In this document: positions 15,101 through 21,701 of the stretch, piece after piece
Numbering within the stretch: the stretch's first letter is position 1
Layout: each line of letters begins with the position of its first letter
Assembly: GCA_043808785.1 (NCBI GenBank)
Contig: JAZDEL010000004.1
Coordinates: forward strand, 60,001 to 92,000
Direction of reading: 5' to 3'
Length of the DNA stretch: 32,000 nucleotides
Source of the DNA: Candidatus Iainarchaeum sp.
GTDB taxonomy: Archaea; Iainarchaeota; Iainarchaeia; Iainarchaeales; JAZDEL01
Made by a program: the position numbers and the translations under genes
The notes under the pieces: generated by a model
The model's input: only the letters and a program-made list of their open reading frames with translations
Database searches by the model: none
What the model was told of the DNA's origin: nothing

Positions 15101-18100
15101 TATTTCAATTCGTATGTGGAGAAGGGGCTTTCGGTTACCGTGCTGCCCGCGTTCGTTGCAACGGGCAAGGACTTCGAGGTCATTGTGAAGGGTGACGCGG
15201 GGGAGGGCGTTGAGAACGCGGTGCTGAAATTCAGGAACGCGTACAACGAACTGCTGCGCACGGTTTCGGGAGACGGAACGAAAGGGAACGGAATGAACGG
15301 GAGCTACACGATAAAGAATTCGTTCGATGCGGGAAAGATAGAACTTGAGGTCAGCGCCGACGGGTACAAGCCCGCAACAGTGGGGATTGAAATCGGCAAG
15401 GCGGGCGTGCTCGAACTGCCGGCGGAAGTGAGGATAATGATCCCCAAGGGGCAGGGGAGCGCGGAAACAAGGGTTGCGATAAAGAACAATTCCGCGAGCA
15501 TAGTGCAGAACCTGACGTTTGAGGTGAAGCCGAAGGGGGGTGTGCCTGACGGAATGGAAATAAGCGTCGCTCCCGTGACTTACATTTCCGCGAACTCCGT
15601 GCATTACGTAACCTTCCGCGCGGAATACCGGGGCAGTGAAGAGAGGGTGCATGCCGGCGCCGAGGTAATTGCGCGCGGCACACTTGAGGGAAAATACCCC
15701 GTGAACGCGAGCACGAATGTTATTGCGGATTACAACCCCAAGCTTGACAGCGAGTGCCTTGAACTAAGCAAGGAGAAGCTTGTGGTTTACCTCGCGAGCG
15801 GAATAAGCCAGCAGCAGTATTACAGCGGCCTGTATAACTCGGGATATTACGCCACGCAGGATTACCTCACGAACGCGCAGGGATACAATAACCAGTATTA
15901 CTCGCAGTACGGGCAGAGTTCATACAACCCCACGCAGGACCAGTATTACCAGTACAATGCGTACACCGAGCACTCGGAAGTGAAGGTGACTTTGAGGAAC
16001 AAGTGCAATATCGCGCTCACAATTACGCCCGAGGCTGTTGCAGCGGAGAACGTGGACAGCGAGATAAAGATAGAACTGGATAAGGAAATAACGCTGGAGG
16101 CCGCGGGCAGCGAGAGCGGCGGGAGGAAACTTGACGAGAAGGAAATAACTGTCATTGTTACGGACAGCGTGATGAGGAATTATGACACAAGCCGGCAGTT
16201 CGATTATGAGATATTCTTCCGCTCGGACGCGCTGACAAAATCCCTGCCATTGGAGGTTTACATATGGAACCCGGCGTATGCGCTGCAGGCGAACAGGAAC
16301 ATAGAGCTGTGGCTTGCGGAGAGCGTGCCCGGGCAGCAGGCTACTGCCGCAACCCCTCTCCTTATCAGGAACGTGGGGCAGGCGGATATTGAGAATATAA
16401 ATTTCCAGGTTGTGACCTCGGCAAGCGCCGGCTCCACAACGGCAAGCATAGAGCCAAGGTACGCGACAGCTGTTCTGCACGTGGGGGAAAGCATAACCCC
16501 TCCTCCTGTGCTGGTTGCGAAGGCGATAAGGGACCAGAAGGCAACACCGGGGGATGTTGTGAAGATAGACATAAAGGGAACCATAGGCGGAAGGTCGTAT
16601 TATTTCGGGCCGATAAATGTCACAACTCACGTGAGCCCGCCCGAATGCATAAAGGTCACGCCCTCTGATGTTTCATTCAGCAGCACAGTTTGCGAGGAGG
16701 GCGCCCTTGAGAGGGACATAACTATTACGAACCACTGCGCGGACGCTGTCAGCATACGCGGGATAAGCCCGGACAATATTTCGGGGAACATGCTTGTGCT
16801 CGGCGCGGGCGCGCAGTATATTGAGGCTGGGCGGGAGGTAAAGGCGAAATTAGTGCTTGACAAGAGGCAGTGCTATGACGGGCCTACGGAGCCTGTGGTG
16901 CTGAAGGGCTTCCTGATGAGGACACAGCGCTGGATCGATTCGAACCCCATAAACCTTAATGTGAAAATAGGGAAGCGCGCGGGAAAGGCGGAAACCGCGG
17001 CGCAGGTTGTTACAGTGGAGGTCTGCGCAACCACGGGGAAAAAGGAAACGCGCGAGGTTTCATTCCCCGTAATTGCGGCAGGCGCGAACTGCGACAGGGC
17101 ATACTGCGATGCGCAGCAGATGGCGCAGTACCTTGCGGGGATAATAGAGACAAAAATAAAGGACGTGAAAAGGCAGGTGGCAAGTTACGGCGCGGATGCA
17201 CAGAAGGCGCAGTGCGGGAACAACGCATATGAGGGGTATTGCACATTCGAAAGTTTGGGCATAGGGAGCGCGGACATGGAACTGTTCTTCCAGAACGACA
17301 CAATGAGCGACGGCATGCTTGAGAGCGAGATGGAAAAGAAGGGGGCGGAACTGAAGGGCTACTCAGTGGAGTACACAAGCCCGGGCGCAAATGCGGGAAG
17401 GAACATAGGGGCATACGGGAAGCGCGTCTGGCTAACGGATTCCTTCACAGGCTGCGGGAGGTATGTGGTGAATGTTACCGGCGCGGTGAGGGTGCAGGGC
17501 GCGAGGCTTATGCCGGATTATATTTCGGTTGTAGTGGAAATGCATCCCGAGAAAGGGGGCAGTGCGCGCGAGATAACCGAGCAGTGCACGCCGAAGATAC
17601 AGAACATAATGAATTTCCTGCCCGTGGATAAGGGCTATGGCACGGGGAACTCGCAGTACAGCTGGCTGGGGACTGTTGTTGCCGATGAGGAGGAATACAA
17701 AAGCCTCGGGGAGGAGGTTGCAAAATCATTGTTCGGGGACAAGAAGAGGTTTGTGGAGAGCAGCAGCACTAACAGGCTTGAAATAAGGAAGGGCGTTGAC
17801 GAGGGCTATGTGGCAAAGGTTAGCATGGAGCGTGTCGGGGATGCGCAGCCGATGGCGGTTTACGCAAACATAAAGGTGGCGGCGGGGGCGAAACAGCAGG
17901 ACATTGCCACGGAGGCTGCAAAGGCGATCAGGGGGCTTGGCGGCGCGAGCATTGACGGCTGCATCGCGCCCGAGGGAGAGGACAATTACTTCCTGCTAAG
18001 GGCGGCAACAGGAATGGAGGAACTGGAGATAGGCGAGTGCACAAATGCGCTTGGACAGAAGGATGTGCTGAACGTGCTCTACAACAAGGAAAGCTGCTGT

Positions 18101-20158
18101 GAGTTCACGGTTTACGGGGTTATGGCGGAGACAATAACAGTTGGCGCAACTGTCAGGAGCGACACCCCCTCGGGAATAGGGAAGGTTACAGTCGTGCCTG
18201 TTGCGCCGGAACCAACACAGCAGAAGAAGGGGGAAAGCGCCACAACCGAGGTACCGCTCGGGGCTGTTTCCGCTTCCGGTGCCGCACAACAGAAGGCAGA
18301 TGTAAAATCAGTTGCCGGTGAAATTTCCTCCCCTACAGGCATGGCATTGCTTGCGGATGAGGAAGGGGCGGCGGATGCCGGGCAGCCAGATGGCACGGCT
18401 GAAAATCCGCCTGCAAACGGCGGCACCGCAACCCCGCAGGGCGGAGGGCAGAAACCCGCGGCAGCGGAGCAGGGCACGGGCGCCGCGCAGGAAAAGGCGC
18501 CGGCACAGCCGCAGGCAAAGCCCGCTGTGCAGGACAGCAGGGCGGGGAAGTACGCGGCAAAAATGAAACTTTGCGTCACGGGAAACCAGAGCCTGCAGCT
18601 CGCGCAGGGCAAGGAGATTCTTATTAACGCGCAGGCAAGGTCGAAGGCGAAGAGCCAATTGGACGCGAAAACCCGCAGCGTTAAGGTGCAGGTCTGCGGG
18701 ATAAACCCGAACAGGCTTGCGGGAAAGATGGAAGGATTAAAGGCGGGGGATGTGAGGTATGCGATGCTTGTCTGGGAGGGCGCGCCCGACAGCCTGACTT
18801 TAAACGACATAAAGATTTCCACGGATGCGGAAAAACTCAAGGCAAGCATAGAGGCGAAGATAAACAAAAACGATTTCAGCGAGGTGAAGAGCGAGGATGC
18901 GCAGATGAAGCAGGACGCGATTTTGTATTACTACATGCCCGCGTGCTCGGCAACCGCAGCGGTTCTGGGGTTTTTAACAAAAGGGTGGCCGGGCATATTC
19001 ATCGAACCCACTGTTGACTGCGTCATACCCGGCGCACTCGCATACCTCGGGCAGACATCATACGGCAACAGAGCCAAGGAGAATTTGTACGGTTATTTCG
19101 AAAACATAAAGGGGCTTTCCCCGGAAATCATCAAGCCATACCTCGGCTGGCTTGAGAGTTTCATGAAGGGCAATTCCCCGCTGGAAACCGGAAACACGGA
19201 GGGTGCGGTGGACGACGCCAGGGTGGCGGCAACTGTGTCAATAAGCGCCAGGGCAGCAGGAAAGATTGTGGCAAACAAATGGGAGGCAATATTCCCCAAA
19301 TCATTTACCAGCCTCCTTAAGAACAGCGCGTACACGGGCATAATAACCGGCGCGCTTTCGAACGCGGCGGGGCTTTATTTCTACGATAAACATATCGCGC
19401 AGGAAACCGCGAAAAAGCAGGGCGGGGCAGTGCAGACAGGGAACCAGCCGCAGAATGTGGATACAACAGGGGACGGAAAGAACGACACAACCGTGCTTTA
19501 CCAGGGCTCGGGAATAACTTTCGATAAGTACGGAACATACAAGATTTCGCGCACGAAGCAGGGGCTGGATGTCAAGGACGTTTACGAACCTGTCGCAGGC
19601 CTGCCAGAGGGAACAAAGCCCGAGCAGATGCTTTGCGATGCGCAGAGCATGTCCCTGCCTGCGGGCGGCGCGGGCATACTCCCAGACCCTAACCGCCCGC
19701 CGAGCGGTGCCGGGGTGCCGCAGCATTACTACGCGATTTTCAATTACCTCGACAGGTATTCGGGAATGATACACGGCGCATCGGTTGCAAGCGGGGTGCC
19801 CGAGGCGCTGCTTGTCACTGTCGCGATATGGAAGGGGGAACTTGACACGCGGACGCCGAGCGATGCGTGGATAACGGGATGCAACGCGAAGGCTGCGGAT
19901 GCGAAGGCATGGAGCGCCGCGGACAAGAGCTTCGGGTGCGCGGCGAAACAGCTGGGCGAAGATATGGCATCGTGCGGCGGGGATTACTCCGAGGAAATGG
20001 TTACCTGCGCGCTGAAACTTTACAACAACCGCGACAGCGACAAGGGCGCGAACCAGTTCACGCCGATGAGCGACGCCAAGTACGCGGAATACTACGCGAT
20101 TTTCAGCGCGTGGAATGCGTATCCGAAAGGCGCAACGGGCAAGGTTACGGCAGGCTGA
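12176..20158 (+). CDS. Giant membrane-anchored surface protein 1 (2660 aa): acidic/Gly-rich N-terminus, conserved GIPVY motif + TM helix, multiple CarboxypepD_reg/Ig-like beta-sandwich repeats, Q/N/Y-rich segment, A/P/Q-rich linker, C-terminal hydrophobic segments and a lysozyme/SLT-like tail
   Basis: An uninterrupted 7983-nt ORF; the likely true start is ATG 12185. The TM helix is PMSIALAIVVLFLAYGFFF. Repeats of ~70-90 aa of the type LIVKVTDADTKLPLSGAGMQVYDA...VSADGYETY and MHVTVQDASESGLPLSGAKVMLFN...AYKDGYLP match the carboxypeptidase-regulatory-like pattern. It is paralogous to the genes at 21702 and 30271. Confidence 0.85.
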   Translation: MVRMPRDDEEKLEFGEEEDIGGPGLGSDDEFSVAGDEGLAGAGGAGGAGAGGGTGLLGGIYSKIEGAFFGIMDALQNRGIPVYSVIEPLENRGIPFFPMSIALAIVVLFLAYGFFFAQPQEVRLNFTIIDAAGEPLGGVSVNIAGGGISERGVFKDQQVLILKGAHLGTELEIKATRAGYAEFSKTMVVSGSDNAVYVQMKKEAGIIVGKIKLIDAETDDTVAAANVTAEFADGSTVNCNYAGNGIVECAGVAEGEKAQLHISTSNYEDKDAEVAFYADRVDSISLEPKGGANAGTSNLIVKVTDADTKLPLSGAGMQVYDAASNALISEVKFDAEYGEAITKGTSVRIVVSADGYETYDSGAAAAGGSGASGSGTSGTSGGTKTMRNDEEPWNVALHKGGTTMHVTVQDASESGLPLSGAKVMLFNSKSELLQEYATKFGGDAEFAGLEPLADYYATAYKDGYLPSRITAKPSEKKGYKIELEKATTSNSGLLEITAEDSFGNIGNDTLLNIYEIVGGKNLPLGIAQQRCDYFGKANITIADGKTVYVSASKGVESGEGTATITANSANQIAIKMRRPAGVVLLVLMEEGTEVSDGNVLVKTGAGQTLLNAQYKTGGIEFVAGTNKFVKLTYTYPDGKTFREEVNVSGKERAEVQVSREGTSAFAPKLEFLGITDASGREVEGLAKGMDYYLKFRLEMPEGEYKGGMHVRLGEDSVKYADSMDAGIIGFSAVGAGHTYGRTYSPLPEPGYEGIDYMNRGQEGKYNKWLELYFKSGGSKNVKVRVKAKETATSDSIALHYRAWTEGGEGAYYREPADEALGNERANSLRSSLYAETKTAEIKIFDEFPNCENELCTSYKFVREDGTEYETADFKAAKGGLYALEIEVNPREAANLAIKGSTVKASPKIAFQGYAINNFAEFPDTNSSDTSIEAKDIALTKDKAVKVRLYFKVLDIGNTHITVQALTQKSALTENFYFNSYVEKGLSVTVLPAFVATGKDFEVIVKGDAGEGVENAVLKFRNAYNELLRTVSGDGTKGNGMNGSYTIKNSFDAGKIELEVSADGYKPATVGIEIGKAGVLELPAEVRIMIPKGQGSAETRVAIKNNSASIVQNLTFEVKPKGGVPDGMEISVAPVTYISANSVHYVTFRAEYRGSEERVHAGAEVIARGTLEGKYPVNASTNVIADYNPKLDSECLELSKEKLVVYLASGISQQQYYSGLYNSGYYATQDYLTNAQGYNNQYYSQYGQSSYNPTQDQYYQYNAYTEHSEVKVTLRNKCNIALTITPEAVAAENVDSEIKIELDKEITLEAAGSESGGRKLDEKEITVIVTDSVMRNYDTSRQFDYEIFFRSDALTKSLPLEVYIWNPAYALQANRNIELWLAESVPGQQATAATPLLIRNVGQADIENINFQVVTSASAGSTTASIEPRYATAVLHVGESITPPPVLVAKAIRDQKATPGDVVKIDIKGTIGGRSYYFGPINVTTHVSPPECIKVTPSDVSFSSTVCEEGALERDITITNHCADAVSIRGISPDNISGNMLVLGAGAQYIEAGREVKAKLVLDKRQCYDGPTEPVVLKGFLMRTQRWIDSNPINLNVKIGKRAGKAETAAQVVTVEVCATTGKKETREVSFPVIAAGANCDRAYCDAQQMAQYLAGIIETKIKDVKRQVASYGADAQKAQCGNNAYEGYCTFESLGIGSADMELFFQNDTMSDGMLESEMEKKGAELKGYSVEYTSPGANAGRNIGAYGKRVWLTDSFTGCGRYVVNVTGAVRVQGARLMPDYISVVVEMHPEKGGSAREITEQCTPKIQNIMNFLPVDKGYGTGNSQYSWLGTVVADEEEYKSLGEEVAKSLFGDKKRFVESSSTNRLEIRKGVDEGYVAKVSMERVGDAQPMAVYANIKVAAGAKQQDIATEAAKAIRGLGGASIDGCIAPEGEDNYFLLRAATGMEELEIGECTNALGQKDVLNVLYNKESCCEFTVYGVMAETITVGATVRSDTPSGIGKVTVVPVAPEPTQQKKGESATTEVPLGAVSASGAAQQKADVKSVAGEISSPTGMALLADEEGAADAGQPDGTAENPPANGGTATPQGGGQKPAAAEQGTGAAQEKAPAQPQAKPAVQDSRAGKYAAKMKLCVTGNQSLQLAQGKEILINAQARSKAKSQLDAKTRSVKVQVCGINPNRLAGKMEGLKAGDVRYAMLVWEGAPDSLTLNDIKISTDAEKLKASIEAKINKNDFSEVKSEDAQMKQDAILYYYMPACSATAAVLGFLTKGWPGIFIEPTVDCVIPGALAYLGQTSYGNRAKENLYGYFENIKGLSPEIIKPYLGWLESFMKGNSPLETGNTEGAVDDARVAATVSISARAAGKIVANKWEAIFPKSFTSLLKNSAYTGIITGALSNAAGLYFYDKHIAQETAKKQGGAVQTGNQPQNVDTTGDGKNDTTVLYQGSGITFDKYGTYKISRTKQGLDVKDVYEPVAGLPEGTKPEQMLCDAQSMSLPAGGAGILPDPNRPPSGAGVPQHYYAIFNYLDRYSGMIHGASVASGVPEALLVTVAIWKGELDTRTPSDAWITGCNAKAADAKAWSAADKSFGCAAKQLGEDMASCGGDYSEEMVTCALKLYNNRDSDKGANQFTPMSDAKYAEYYAIFSAWNAYPKGATGKVTAG
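12402..12460 (+). repeat. Intragenic direct repeat encoding the duplicated NRGIP unit
   Basis: AGAACCGCGGCATACCT (12402..12418) and AGAACCGCGGAATACCT (12444..12460) match at 16 of 17 nt and are 42 nt apart. They encode QNRGIPVY and ENRGIPFF. Confidence 0.7.
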
Positions 20159-20164
20159 TTCCGC

Positions 20165-20218
20165 CCGCGGAAAACAAACCACTGAACCGCGGTTTCGCGT
20201 GTTGTTTTTGTTTTTTCC
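20165..20218 (+). terminator. Putative terminator after giant gene 1
   Basis: Two self-complementary CCGCGG blocks (20165..20170 and 20187..20192) can pair. They are followed by the T-rich tract TGTTGTTTTTGTTTTTTCC (20200..20218), an archaeal-type oligo-T signal. Confidence 0.4.
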
Positions 20219-20265
20219 CATTCCCGCGGAACAGGCGGGCGGGCAAACAATTATTAATCATATAA

Positions 20266-21555
20266 ATGAATTATCTAACGGTTCCCATGCGCACCCAATG
20301 CAGGAAAGGATTCACGCCATTCACCGCGCCGCGCGGCTTTACATTGTTCACCGCGCTTGTGGCATTCATACTCATCGTGCTTGCGATGCTCCTTGTGCAG
20401 GCGATGATACGCGCGGAGAGGGGAACTACCGATGTTGTAAGCGACATGGGAGAGCAGGCGGAGATGGAGGCGATTGCCGACCTTGTGAGGGCTGACGCAC
20501 TGCAGAGGTTCAATTACACGATAAGGTACTCGATTGAGAACTGGATAACCCAGCCGGGCAACCAGTACCCTTTGACGCGCGGAAAGCTTTCCTGGAAGGA
20601 CGTGCAGGGCGAGTTTGTGAAGTCTAACTTCGGGGAAGAGGGCGGCGGAACGCAGTTCGCGAACATTGCCGCATATAATCTTTCAAGCATACTTGCGGAG
20701 GCGGGGGATGTGAGGGGCTTTGACATAAGTTTCACGAACAACGACACCGTGAAATTAAGGAACAGCGTACAGGGGATATTCGAAAAAAGCCTGGGCGAGG
20801 AAACTTTCTTCGAGGTTGTGAAGTGCCCCGAGGGGGCTTACGAAAACTGCGTCGGCACTTTCTATGTGACGCTGGACCTGGCAAACATGGATGATGCGGA
20901 GTACGAGGCACTGCCGCAGATAACCGTGGAGAGCACGCTCACAAAAAGGGTGATGAAGGTGCCGATGCTGCCACGCGGGAAATTCAGGATTTACGTGCCC
21001 TTGCGCGTGTTCAGGGCGATTGCCGCTGCGAGGGAAATTGCGATAGGAAGCGGCGGCACGGAGGCGGGCGGGTACATGGACGGGGACGGGCTGCTGGGGG
21101 GCGGGTTCCACAATGAAATAAGCGGAATAAATGCGGGGCAGGGCTGCACAAGCGGCTGCGGCGGAGGGGCGGACGACCCGGAAAATGTGAAAACTACGCT
21201 GCGGGGCGATGCCGAGGGCAGGATAAACGACTGGGCAAACAAACTCGCGGAAAAGCTGAAGCCCGGTGACGGGTTCGGGGATTTCATAATGCAGGGCGCG
21301 GGAGGCCTGAGCGGAAACAGGGCGAAGGAAGTAACCGTAACCGCGGAAATCACGCACACTTGGCACCTGCAGGGCGGCGGGGAGGCGTACTGCGCAAAGC
21401 CTTGGGATACGCAAACGAAAATAGTTTTCCGGGAGACGAACCCCGAATACATAGTCAGCGGCGGGGAGGGCGCGCAGAGGGAATATACGGTAGCGATTAC
21501 CGACGTGTTCGACCAGGGCAACCCGCAGGACATATACTGTTCGGAGAGGGGATAG
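20266..21555 (+). CDS. Type IV pilin-like protein with a class III signal peptide
   Basis: 429 aa. The N-terminus MRTQCRKGFTPFTAPRGFTLFTALVAFILIVLAMLLVQAMI has a short charged leader, an [KR]G cleavage-type motif and a ~20-residue hydrophobic helix. The TATA-like TTATTAATCATATAAA (20251..20266) favours the in-frame ATG at 20287 as a leaderless start. Confidence 0.6.
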   Translation: MNYLTVPMRTQCRKGFTPFTAPRGFTLFTALVAFILIVLAMLLVQAMIRAERGTTDVVSDMGEQAEMEAIADLVRADALQRFNYTIRYSIENWITQPGNQYPLTRGKLSWKDVQGEFVKSNFGEEGGGTQFANIAAYNLSSILAEAGDVRGFDISFTNNDTVKLRNSVQGIFEKSLGEETFFEVVKCPEGAYENCVGTFYVTLDLANMDDAEYEALPQITVESTLTKRVMKVPMLPRGKFRIYVPLRVFRAIAAAREIAIGSGGTEAGGYMDGDGLLGGGFHNEISGINAGQGCTSGCGGGADDPENVKTTLRGDAEGRINDWANKLAEKLKPGDGFGDFIMQGAGGLSGNRAKEVTVTAEITHTWHLQGGGEAYCAKPWDTQTKIVFRETNPEYIVSGGEGAQREYTVAITDVFDQGNPQDIYCSERG

Positions 21556-21615
21556 GGGCAGCAAGGTTCCGCACGTGCGGCGCGAACAATAGTAATAAAA
21601 ATTCAACAAACCAAA

Positions 21616-21640
21616 GGTTAATATAAAAGTAATATAATTA
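21616..21640 (+). promoter_or_regulatory. TATA-like promoter elements of giant gene 2
   Basis: GGTTAATATAAAAGTAATATAATTA lies 60-85 nt upstream of ATG 21702. The leader contains a 7-bp-stem hairpin, AACGCGC-AGT-GCGCGTT (21645..21661). Confidence 0.35.
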
Positions 21641-21701
21641 ACTTAACGCGCAGTGCGCGTTTGTCGGTTAGGCGGGTGCAGGCCGGGGGAAGTGTGGGCA
21701 C

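Noticed and set aside
14486-15652. 388-aa minus-strand ORF inside giant gene 1. Similar ORFs occur at 15920..16630, 18112..18867 and 19301..20221.
   Set aside because: These lie antisense to a strongly supported coding frame. The translations are R/H/P/C-rich with no motifs, which is typical of shadow ORFs in GC-richer, codon-biased genes.
21569-21580. Perfect 12-bp palindrome CCGCACGTGCGG just after the pilin-like gene stop.
   Set aside because: It could be a terminator hairpin or a binding site. However, it is short, has no adjacent strong oligo-T tract, and a GC-rich palindrome of this size is unremarkable here, so I did not call it.
20755-21609. 284-aa minus-strand ORF opposite the pilin-like gene.
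   Set aside because: It is an R/P/Y-rich shadow ORF. The plus-strand product has a convincing class III signal peptide and a promoter.
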